Of a DNA stretch of 64,000 bases, positions 50,092-61,497 are shown one piece after another; the first letter of the stretch is position 1; each line of letters begins with the position of its first letter. A program made the position numbers and the translations under genes. The notes beneath the pieces are model-generated. The model was given only the letters and a program-made list of their open reading frames with translations. It searched no databases and was not told the origin of the DNA. The stretch is from Vicugna vicugna (Eukaryota), in contig MU058781.1 of assembly GCA_013265495.1 (NCBI GenBank), positions 7,034,522 to 7,098,521 of the forward strand, given 5' to 3'.

Positions 50092-50282
50092 AATACTGAG
50101 CCTGTTTTGGTTCTGCAAAGCGATTCTGTTTTTCCTCATGAGAGTTCCACAGCCTGCTAGTTCAGGGACCTCTCTGTGATTACCGTAGGGGTGTCACCTT
50201 AACTCTAGGGGCAAGCTTTTGTTTTAGGGATGTTTCCTGCTTTGGGGGCAGCATCTTATTCTGTTTTGTCCAGGACTCTTAG

Positions 50283-50786
50283 TGTAGTCGTTTTATATTG
50301 CTCTTGTAACCGATTACTACAGACTTGTGGTAATACGTTTCTTCTGGTTAGTTCTGTACATTGGAAGTCTGGCACGGGTCTCACTGGATTAAAATCCAAG
50401 TGTCCTCAGGGATGCGTTCTTTCTGGAAGCTTGAGGAGAGAATCCACTTCTTTGCCTATTTTAGCGTCTGGAGGCTGCCTGCGTTCCTTGGCCTGTGGCC
50501 CCCTTTCCCATCTTCAAAGGCAGCGGCATCACGTCTCTCTGACCCTCCTTCCTTCGTCGTGGCTTCCAGAGCCATTCCCTCTGGCACCAGCCGGGCAAGC
50601 GTCTCTGCCTTTGAGGACCGGTGTGATTAGATTCGGGCCGTCTGGGTAACACAGGGTAATCTCCCCCGTCTCAAGGCCTTTAATCACACTCACTCCACAC
50701 GGCAGAAGGGACTTGGTAACATAGTCACAAGTTCTGGGAAACAGGCCACCGGCATCTTTAGGGGAGCAGTTATTCTGCCTGCCACA
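50283..50786 (-). mobile_element. MaLR solo LTR (MLT1, D-like)
   Basis: TG...CA termini, 5-bp TSD cttag / gttag; ggaggctgcctgcgttccttggcctgtggcccc; ttattctgcctgccaca end. Confidence 0.8.
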
Positions 50787-52429
50787 GTTAGACTGGTTTT
50801 TTTCTTTTTGAATTTAAGGGGAAAAGCCATTCAAATCAATAGTGTCTCTTAATTATTATCTCATTCATGGGCTTCATAGCAGGATTTTACTGTTCTGTCG
50901 GGGTCCCCTTTGCACCTAAAGAGGTCTGGCCTAATTATCCGTCCACACCTCCACCGAGCAGGAAGTCTGTCTTCTCAAATTCAGTCCAGTGCTGAGGCCA
51001 GTGGTAACCTCCGGATGAAAAGGGGTGAAAGACTGGTGAGAATTCTGTTGTTTTCAAGGCTAGTGTTTTACAGCTTGGGCGGCACGGGCTGTTTATCGGG
51101 ATTCCCTACTTTGGCAATTTGGGCCTATAGAGGAGGTCCGTTCCAGTGGGAGCCCTCACTCCTGGTTGGATGGGTGGCTGTTCTTTTCACAGCTTCTCAT
51201 TATAACCGCTCAGTCTGCTTCAGTTCGATAGGCCACTTGTGTCAGGGTTTTAGTATCATCCACACTCAGCAAGTGAGCGCAGTTAAAACGTGAGACGCAT
51301 GGTGACCACACAGGCCTGAGTTTTAACAGAAAATGAGGGAAGTGGTTTAGGCTGACACCTACGAGTAAGAGCCTTCATCAGCTTAATGATGTCAGGGTTT
51401 CAAGGTGAGGTGTGCACTGGGGAGAAGAAAACTGATATTTTAGATTCTAGAAGCTCAGCAGCTCAGGTTGATAAACATATTTTCTTTCTTTAAAAAAAAA
51501 TTCTACTTACTGTAACTCCTTGAATTACAATTATGTTTGATATTAGAGACCCCTCCTAGTTCAAATGAGTGACAGATTCTGGATCAGGATTTGCCTCATG
51601 ATTTTCCCCCTTCATGCTTTACAAATGAAAGAAATCTTACTTTTTAAAAAATTTTCCTTCAGGTTTAACCAGACTATTAATTGCATTCATATCCACAAGG
51701 AGGCTGAGCCCATGAGGTTCTCTTTAGGAGGCAAGAGTGTAAGGGAATAAATATGTGCCCCAGATCTCTCCATCCTTTGGCTGAAATATGTTTGGGGTAT
51801 GGCGTTGCTAAGAACACAGTGTTCTGTCCCTTGTGCTGTTCTGGTGTGTGAGGTGAAATGGTACAGATGTTCAATTGCTAGCTACACAGCATCTTCTTCT
51901 GGTCATTGTTTTTCGAGATCTCACTGTCTCAGTTTTAGCTAAGGACATGGGCTTGTTGGTCATGAGGGTTTTCTGTAGGCAAGTGTTCCATGTCAGATGA
52001 TGGTGTTGATCTTTGTTTATAGGAAAGTTTTAGAGCATGGGTCTAGGAGAAGGGTGATTGTCCAAAAGCCAAGCCTGAGACAGACACCAAAAAGAATGGT
52101 TTTGAGTTTTGCTGTGGGGAATTGGGTTTGTTCCTGCCCTGATTCTCATCTCTGCTGTTTCAGTGAATGAAATATTCTTCACCTTCTGCTTTGGGAACCT
52201 CAGAGACGTGTCCCCTTTGGTTATATCTTCTCTCTCCTGTGACTTCTGCTTCTTGTCTCTACTCTCCAACATACCCAGGCACTCCACTGTGTCCCATTTG
52301 AAAATGAATAACACTTTTCTCAAGCCTACATCTCTCCCTTACTGCCGTGCTATTTCCTTCCTTTAGAAGCCAGTTCTCAGAAAAGCAGAATCACATCTAG
52401 CAAAATCCTCTGGTGCGCAGATTCCCACG

Positions 52430-53220
52430 TAGTCCCACCCTGACTGTATTCTTCCCAGGCTCTGCGGGATTGCTGTGGGGAAAGGTTCAATGGATACTTC
52501 AGTCCTCGTCTTACTTGGACTCTCTGCTGCTTTTGTTTTGACATCTTGACCATCACTGTGCCAGTGATACCATCTCTTCTGATATTCCTTTGTTTCTGGC
52601 CACTTCTCAGTTTCCTTTCCAGACTCTTTCCCTGGCCCATTCTATTTTTTTTAATGCATTTTGAAAAATTGAAGTACTGTTGATTTACAATATTGTGTTA
52701 GCCTTAGCCCATCCTTAAATGCGGGTGTTCCGTAGCCTCTTGGCTTCTCCCTTTGCTTCTGCACCCTCTCCCTGGGTCATCTCATCTACTTCTGTGGTCT
52801 CTTCAATCCAAAGACACTGCTTCCCAAGTCTTTCCCCCAAGTCCAGATCTATGTAATCAGCTGCCTTTTGCACAGTACTGCCTGGCTGTCTCAGGTATCT
52901 CTCAAGTCCAACACATCCAAACCGTGACCATCATCTTCCCAACCAAATCCATCTCTATGCTGTCATTCCCTCCCTAGAGCCACTGCCCTCCACCCAGTGC
53001 TTCTCCCTCCTCTGTGATTTCTTCTGCCTGTCCCCATCTAGTGAGTTATGCCCTCTTAATGTCGCATGACTGTATTTACGTCTTCTCTCTCTCAGCCCCT
53101 GACACTTAATCTCCGCTGGTTTAATTCAGTGGCCTTTTAGCTGCCTCACTTAGAGCACTCTCATTCCATACCACACCCCTGCTTGAGCGACCTTTCAAAG
53201 ACAATTGGTCAGGTCATTAA
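52430..53220 (+). mobile_element. L2 fragment
   Basis: cctggctgtctcaggtatctctcaagtccaacacatccaaacc; pyrimidine-rich L2 body. Confidence 0.55.
52644..52706 (-). mobile_element. Short L1 3' stub inside an L2
   Basis: T-tail plus attgaagtactgttgatttacaatattgtgttag; TSD gcccattct / gcccatcct. Confidence 0.65.
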
Positions 53221-53447
53221 TCTTTTTTAAGAATCAATCAACAGTCATAATAAGTATAATCAGTTTTTACTCAATGATCTGTGAAACTGAGACACTGTCT
53301 GAAGATGACGGGCTCGGAATTCCTAGAGGCTGTCATTAGCATCACCAGAAGGAGTCTTTGCTTCCGCTGAGGTGCTCTGATGTCGTTAGTATCCACCTCC
53401 CAGTTCAAAACTGCGTGTTTACCGAAACCTCTCTCTTTGCTTTTCAG

Positions 53448-53537
53448 AATGACATTTTCCTCAGACATTATGACAAAGGGCCGTGTAGGAATAAACTCGG
53501 CCACTCGAGAGCCTCAGTGATGTGGAACCGAACACAG
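53448..53537 (+). CDS. RNF144B: RNF144B coding exon 6 (aa 228-257, last RING2 zinc ligands)
   Basis: Acceptor ctttgcttttcag; [30 protein letters not shown]; 90 nt; donor CAG|gtaccc; phase 0-0. Confidence 0.97.
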
Positions 53538-54268
53538 GTACCCTGACCCGAAAAGGAGCATGAGAGAAACCAGACTTAGGATGACTGAAAAAGCGCAGTT
53601 GGTCATCCTCCCCACTCTGTTCCCTCTTACCCCTCCCTCCCAGCCCGAGAGGTTCCGGGGGTTCAGGGGCAGAGCAAGCGAAAGGCAATGGAGCGAGTGC
53701 CTGACGTTAATTCACGGGTGCCGTCTCCTAGAGGAGAAGCGAAGGGGCCGGGCCACGGGGCAGCCAGGGAAGTAACAGTGACCTGCAGGATGAAGGTGGA
53801 TGCTCTTTCCTCCTTAAAAAAAAAAAAAGTGATAGGATGACTTTCCTAAAGCCCTCTGCTGTGAAAGGCAGGGCTCTGACACCCCACGAGCCCCTGCTGG
53901 GGCTCAGATCCTTTTGTATACACCTCCATGTGTTTACAATGGCAGGTTCAAAGGGAGTCCTGGTTTATTTTTAATAATATTTTGTAGTTATTGCAGGCCG
54001 TATTCCTTTGGAGGGAGTCCGTGTTAATAGCTTAGTCACCATTATGAACAACCCTCTGAGACGGTTGAGGACGCTCGGGTGGAGCGAGCCAACGCCAACA
54101 ATCCACGGTCACTTGGAGCTTGCATCGGAGCCCGAGTTAGCGTTTGGCTTGCCCTTCTCACCTTTGATTGAGTCCTTGGTGTCTCCCTGGTTTAGATCCA
54201 GTTCAGACCAATGCTGGGCACCAGCTAAAAGTTCCCATGATTGTAACTGCTGTATGTGCCTGAGATGG

Positions 54269-54622
54269 TGTCCTCATCAGTTCTGGCTGCTGTCACAAAT
54301 TACCGTAGACCGGGCAGCTTAAACAGCAGAAATGTATTTCTCACAGTTGTGAAGACTGGAAGTCTGAGATGGGCAGCGGCGTGGTTGGGTTGTGGTGAGG
54401 ACCCTCCACGGGGTGTACTGTTGACTGTCTTCTCACCGTGTCCTCATGTGACAGATAGTGGAGAGAGAAGAAGCAGGCTCTCTGGTGTCTCTTCTTCTAA
54501 GGGGACTAATCCCATCATGAGGACTCCAACCTCATGTCCTAATGACCGACCAAAGGCCCCCATTTCCAAACATCATCATATCGGGGACTAGGGTTTCAAC
54601 ATAAGAATTTAGGGGAGGCACA
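54269..54622 (-). mobile_element. MaLR solo LTR (MLT1A-like)
   Basis: TG...CA termini with perfect 5-bp TSD gatgg (54264-54268 / 54623-54627); aatgtatttctcacagttgtgaagactggaagtctgag; ggactaatcccatcatgagg. Confidence 0.85.
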
Positions 54623-54700
54623 GATGGTCCACAGGTGGTGGTAGAGTAAACACATAGGAAGATTTAACTGCTGAAATAGGCTTTTCTTCTGCATTTCCAG

Positions 54701-54841
54701 GTGGTCGGGATTCTTGTGGGATTGGGCATCATTGCCTTGGTGACTTCACCCTTGCTGCTCCTGGCTTCCCCTTGTATAATCTGTTGTGTCTGCAAGTCCT
54801 GCCGGGGCAAGAAGAAAAAGCACGACCCATCCACAACCTAA
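54701..54841 (+). CDS. RNF144B: RNF144B terminal coding exon (aa 258-303, transmembrane helix and basic tail)
   Basis: Acceptor gcatttccag; [49 protein letters not shown] at 54839-54841. Exon lengths sum to 912 nt = 303 aa + stop. Confidence 0.97.
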
Positions 54842-57800
54842 AGCTCTCTGTCTGTGTCCATGTGCCAGAGATGTCTGGGTCGTACGAGACAGCACAGTGA
54901 TAAAGCCCCACTTAGTGAACTCGCCTCCTCCTCCTTGCCAAACTTTGGAAGTGCCTCTGTGTCCAGACTTTGAACTTGCCTGCCCACCTTTGGCATCCAG
55001 AAAGGCCAAGCACTGATGTGTGTTCCCGTGTAAAGAGAACCAGGTTCGACAGCCCAGGTTGTGTCCACGGAACATGTCGGGAAGCTTTGGGGTCAATGGG
55101 GAGGAACTTAACACATCACCATGTCATCATCCGAAGGATCCCACTGGACTATTCAACTTCCAGCCAAATCCAAGGAGCCCGAAGGAACATTCGGTGTAAT
55201 AAAGGTGTTGTCACGGCTGGCAACACACTTGATAACTGAGGAGCCAGTCTGTTCTGTGTTGATTTGACCACCATGAGAAGCATGGGGGAAAACCTCATGT
55301 AGCAGGGGAAGGATAAGACTGTTGAAGGGGAAATTCTTAGAAGAATTAGAATTCTTATAAGAACGATAAGAGGGCTGCTTATCTTGCTATGGTGGTTCTG
55401 CCCCTGCCGGTTACTGGGTGTGCTGTTCCCAGCGTTCTGCCAGTAACTTGGCAGAAACACAATCGGTTTCTCCTTGTGTGATCTCAGCTTCAAGCTGGAG
55501 AAACTGCTGTGCAGAGGGAGTTGTCCCTTCCCAGGAAAAGGGCTGCTGCAGGTAAAACAATCTGGTCTGAGTTAGTATCTCTCCCCTGGGTGGTAAACCT
55601 CTCTTCCAGCCAGTAGCTGTGGTCTACAGGATTGTTTTTATGAAGTCTGAGTAGTGTGGCAGAGATTAAAAATCTTCATCAGAGGTAACAGGGACCTTTC
55701 TTGAGCACTCTGTTTAGGCACCCAACAGATTTAGAACTGGACCTAAAAGTATACACCAAGCGTAGATATTAAAATCCTTGGGGACATCTAGAATCCATGT
55801 AACTTGCTGCCTGCCCAGAATTTTTATTCACTGGATGTGCACAGATATACCCAATGGTACACGTGAAATAAATGTTTACTTAAAAGCCATTCTGTCTTTC
55901 CTTCTGGGACTAATATGGTTCATTATAAATCAACCTAAAGATTTTTTGCATATTATATATATAAATTTTAGTTACAAGTTCATAAGTTCCCTAAAGGTTT
56001 CAATTCATAGATAAAACTCTTCATACAGTCCTTAGTATGATATCATACCATCTCGGTGTGTAAAACACTAATTGAAAGTCAAGTTATTTACGTATTTTCA
56101 AATACGATTCAGAGCAGCTCTCTTCCCAGCAAAGTTGTGCTCTTTCAACATCTGTTAGGGCAATCGAAGTGCTTTTTGTATGTACAGGGCGCTGATAAAA
56201 CAACAAAAAATACCTAAGAAATAAAATGCAAGTGCTTTATATGTATCTCAAGTAGTTAGGATTTGCCTCACCTCACTGTGGCTTATTTTTTCCCATTATA
56301 CTGTGAGTCAGATTTTGAGTAAATGAGTTTTGAAAAGACAACACCTTTTACTCTAATGACAGAATTGTGTAACTGCCATTAGCAGTGTAGCCCGGTGCTT
56401 CGCGAGGACCGTATTAAATGTTAGTGGACAGCGCTCCTTGAAGCTGGGGCACCACATCGGGAACTGTCAGGACCTGTGATGTTTTCTGAGGTGAGTGGGT
56501 AACTAGACTATTAAATTGCTGCTATCCCGGACCTGTTATTAAAGAATGATGCTTTGCCAATGTAATGGAATGTATCCTAAGTGGGGATGTGTATATTTAA
56601 GGAGCTTTAATTCACGTGTACATATTGGTATCTGATATATGTATAGTACGTCTATTGGCCTTGTGCATTTTTATTTACAGTTTGTATAGAACACAGATGA
56701 GAACTCTGGGACAACTTTTGAATGGCAACCAACCAAAAAAGATTTTTAATCATGCGTTAGAAATTTCTCAATATTAAATGTCTTTATTTTCCCTTGACAC
56801 TCTACAAACACTTCAGAAAAAAAATCGGTATCTTCTATCACTGTATTTCATATTGGTATAAATAGAAATGTACATAGATTTGAATAATTTGCTTTGTCTT
56901 ACACTGCCTCATTATAGTGCAGGGCATTTTTAACTGCTCAGGGGATCACAGGAACTCAGCTGAAATTGAATTTTTGTATCAAAATTGTCAGCCTTGGCAA
57001 TATATTCTTTCATTAGTGTACCCTCCAAGATGGTTCCTTAAACAGGGGCTTATTTCAAGTAACCTGAAATGCTGTGTTACCAGAGGCAGAGCTCCTGAAT
57101 TTGGAGTAAAGGTGGAAGAAAACATCTCTGCTCTTTCCTTGGCTAAATTGAAGGAACTTGTCCTCTCACCGAGATCCTATGAACGAATTAGCTTACTTTT
57201 TTTTTTTTTTGTAGGGGATGGGGAGTTGGGGGTGTTTGTCAAATAGATTTAAAATAACTGGATTTAAGTTTTTAAATGTTAAAAAGTGCCTGAAAAATGG
57301 TGACGTCTTCCTTAAATCGCTAGCTTGTGTGAGATTTTCAGAATCAACAGGCACAGGTTGGTTGGTTAAAACCCAAATATATCTCCGGTGCATCAAAGGG
57401 CGAGTTGCAGGGCAGCCTAGAGATTTTGTTTATAACGGGGAAAGCTGACAACTTTGATAACAGAGACTGATGTTTTCATTTCCGATAACTGGCCAGAGAA
57501 AAGGTTTAACCTTGTCTCCTTCCTCTCTCTGTTTATCAGTTCTATCCTTTCCCGGTAGCCTTTCTGTTCTAGGAAGAAATAGGGTGTCTATGTAATACTA
57601 TTTGGATGTTGTGGCAAAAATCTTTTTGTGTTTGGAGTAGTGGAGGCCATTTGAAATAGAAATTTAAAAAAAAAATTTCTTCACTGCCTTGTAATCTGGG
57701 TGGAATAACTCACCTTCCAGAAAAACTATTGGATGGAATGGCACAACATCTAGCTGTCGCCCCTTCTAGGAATTTTTTTCCTTGTTATTAGGTAGGGAAG

Positions 57801-58371
57801 GTGGGAGAGGAAAGCCGTATGGAAGCAAGTTTTAGACTTTTAAGCATCCTGTTTGTTCATGCCGTGGATATTTGTTCCAGACTTTAAATCTTTAGTTTGA
57901 AAGAGGCCTTTGAAAAACAATTCACCGTGTGAATTTTCTTGTAGCTCGCATCACAAGACTCTTACCTATCCAGGTTTGAAAATCTACACGCTTATTTGAA
58001 TGTGAATCACTGTTTCTTGGAGCTCCAAATTGTCTCTTAAAGATGATAAGAATCTACGTATGTATTACTCTAGCCTTCCCTACACAGTGCTTCTAAAAAA
58101 CTTCCTGGTCATGAATGGATGCCTTTATGTATATAGAATTGTGTGTATATGTGTAGCTTTATAGACAGTTTCAGAATGCCTTAGATAAATGACATTTTAT
58201 AAAGCTGTTACAATTGATGTCTGTAGGCTATTACATCTCATTTAATTCATGATTTAGAAAGTTTTGTTGTGTATTTAAGAAATTGCTGTTGTGTTATATT
58301 TTTCCAAGTATTGGAGAGGAGAATAGCTGTTTTAGTCTTTCTGGCCCCAATAAATGTGGAGCAGGAAATCA
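54842..58371 (+). other. RNF144B: RNF144B 3'UTR (end approximate)
   Basis: Repeat-poor, increasingly AU-rich sequence after the stop; end inferred from the best-looking poly(A) signal. Confidence 0.6.
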
Positions 58372-58390
58372 AGTGTGTTTATTTTTTGTT
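58349..58390 (+). terminator. Probable main polyadenylation signal
   Basis: AATAAA 58349-58354, CA at 58370-58371, GU/U-rich downstream element gtgtgtttattttttgtt 58373-58390. Confidence 0.6.
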
Positions 58391-61039
58391 ACGCTGTATA
58401 CTTCTAGACACATTCAATTTTATCATCCAGGAGCCAACCAAATCACTATTAAATCTTAGGTTCAGAATGGACAGAAAGCACCCAAATCTACAATGCCATG
58501 TACAGAAGACACTCTTGCTACTTTGCTTCTTATAAGAAAGGGGAGCAACTGTTATACCCTCGCTTGTTGCAGGGTCTTTTGTTGTATGCGTGATATTCCA
58601 CTGGTTAACAACTCAAACGCATGTCATTGCAAAACTAAAAGCTCACGTTCCTATAGTGGTGTTGATGCCCTTTTATTGAATGTTATATGCTTCTAATATG
58701 ATACCTGAGAACAAAGGTTTACAATTGACTTATAATTAGAATTTCATGTTCTGAGTTTTCAGTTTTGGAAAATCAGTAAGATCATTTAAAAACATGTTTG
58801 GGTTATGGTTTCTTAATTTGCTTAATTGTCTCCTAGAATGCCAACATGATTTCATTTTTGAAGTCTGCTTATTATTTGCTGAACTTGAATTTGCATTCCC
58901 AAAGAATTATTGAATGAACCATTTTATACAGCAGTGATTTTAATTAATCCCCTAACCAGCAAACTCATTGCAATGTAAATTATGAATCTAGTGAGTCTGG
59001 AGAATTAGAATTAGGTTTTTCTGTAATTCAATTATTTTCATTTGTTAGATAGTAAATCTAGTTTTTTTTTTTTAGGCCTTAAAGATAGTATCCAGCTCTA
59101 CATTATGAGAAAGAAATGAATTTCTTCAAATAATTTAATAGCAATTATAGTGTATTATTTATATATTTATATATGTGGGTTTTTTTTTAAAGAACTTTCG
59201 AGAACAATCTTATGAGATAAAGGGAGCAGATTTTGGATCTGTTTCATAGAGAAAGCAAAAATGGTTTTGTGTTCGTGTCTTGCCAGGGGTCATACTGCTG
59301 ATGAGTGGTAGCTGGAAAAAAAATGCCAAACTCCTTGAAAGCTGTTCTTTCATCAGCCAGTAATTCTGAGCTTGCCTTTACTGTTGTGTGTGAGTCCCAA
59401 GAGAATGTCCTCCTGTCTCAGTTGTCTGCATATTCAGTGGAGGCATATGTAAGATATAATTTATTATTTCAAATAATCATTTAGAGTCTGGGTTGTAGTT
59501 TGTCTGAAAGCATGCCTAGGACAAAGGGCCACCCCCTGAGATCATCCCCAGTCACCCCCCTGGGGTTCAGCTAGAGGGGAAGGGCAGGAGACAGGAGCTG
59601 GAAGGTGATTCATTAGAGAAATAACGCAGTGATGTGCATCTGACTTGCTAATACTGGAACTGGAGTTACAGCTGGGTCAAAGTACTGACTCCAAAAGCCA
59701 AACTGTTCACCTCTTCCCCACAAATCCGAGCTACATTGTCATCAGTTCCTTTTAATGTTTATAATAAAGACTCAAAGTGATTAACTCGGATCCAGATCGT
59801 CCCCTGTTGACATTACTAGCTTGTACTCGAAAGGGCATTTATGGCCTCACATTAAATAAATCAGTCGATTGGCAGTTTCAGAAGCAACAAATGGGGTTCT
59901 AAATAATGAACTTCATGAATTTCTGATCTGTGTAAAGAAGTGCTTTGAATTCCATTTTCTCCCTTTATGTCTTTCAGTTTTATCGGTTTTCCTTTTTTTT
60001 TGGGGGGGGGGGTTAAAACTGGGATCCAGGCTTTTGATGAGAAGCATATTAAGTCGGACATTAGCCATTTTGTCTTGTGGTTCCTTAATGCCTGGGCATG
60101 ATTTGAGGGGGTTATTTTCTTCTGGGGAGAGTTGACATTAATGCTGTTGAACACATTTAAATAAAATGAATATGAAGGTTTTCTCGAGGTGAGTTGTGGG
60201 ACTTTTGATTATTCAGTAGCCTGGACTAATTTTTCTGAAGCCAAGCCAGTTTGTTTAACTAAAAGCAAACAGGTCCAGAAATCCACACACTGTCCAGCAT
60301 GGTGTGTCCCAAATTCTAGTCTGGCCCCAGTACTCTGACATCACAAGGGCATGTGAACAGAGTATCTGGAGAAAGTTGGTAAATCTGTGTCACCCAGGGC
60401 ACAGAACAAGCCGGCGATGTCCTCTGTTCTCCCTGCCCTCTGCCAGTCCGGGCAGTGCGAGGCTGGGGATCAGACACCCAGCTTGCAGTGAGATGGCTTC
60501 AGTTCCAGGCCTGGCTTTGCTTGACTGGTGGTGTGGTTCGAGGCCAGCCATTTATCATACAGCACCATTTCAGCTGTCTTAGCTCAGGCTTAGAAGCTCA
60601 AAGTGAGATCACAAATGTCAAAATGCTTCTAAGTGCTGTTTGCTGGGAGAGGAGAGGGAGCCCTTGTACTGCGTGTGCTGAGTCTGGGCAACAAGCTTTC
60701 AGCCAGACGCTGTTCCCTAAGAGAGGAGGGTCCCAAAATGCATTTTAAGCTTATGAATGTGTGTTGAGGGAGGAATAACCTCCTTGATAAATATGTTGTC
60801 TTTTTAGATTTAAGATTCCTTTATGTCGTTTTTTCACAAATATTTTACAAGCATTTGGCAAATTTTATGCGCCATTAAAATGGAAGATACATGGAGAGAG
60901 AAATGCAGAATTCATATCAACACAATAGGTTTTTCTGGGGAAGAGATTTATTGTGGAAACTTGCATTTACAAGATGCCTGATGGTGTGCAAAGTACTTTC
61001 AAACATGCTTCCCTTTGCTCTTTGTACTATTCTAGAAAG

Positions 61040-61165
61040 TGGAAATTAATATGCCCCTCCCCCGATTTATAGATGGGAGGTGAGACTCACGGACCAGGTG
61101 ACATGGTGCAAGGTTATGTGGTGGGTTGTTGGCAAAGCTAGAATTTGAATCCACATCTTGCATGT
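61040..61165 (-). mobile_element. MIR SINE fragment
   Basis: gatttatagatgggaggtgagactca...ggcaaagctagaatttgaatcca. Confidence 0.5.
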
Positions 61166-61199
61166 GCCTGCCCCAGGACCTCCTAGCATTATATTCATT

Positions 61200-61497
61200 T
61201 TTAAAACAGTGGCTTAAAGCAACACATTTATTAATCTAGTTTCTGTACATCAGAAGTTTGGCATGATGTAGCTGAGTTCTCTGCTCAGGCTCTTCCCCAG
61301 CTAAAGATTAAAGTGTTGGCCCAGGTGTGTTTTCACCTGGGCTCGGGGTTCTTGTCCAGGCTCACTGGTTGTTGGCAGCATTCACTTCCTTCTCACGCCT
61401 TCCGGGTGGTCCCCTCCATCTACAAGCCATGTCTAGTCCTTCCCATAACTCAGATTCTTTTGACATCTGCTGCTGCTGCATCTCTCTGACTTCCATC
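61200..61497 (-). mobile_element. MaLR LTR fragment (MLT1 family)
   Basis: agtggcttaaagcaacacatttatt...gtagctgagttctctgctcagg...gttgttggcagcattcacttcctt. Confidence 0.6.
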
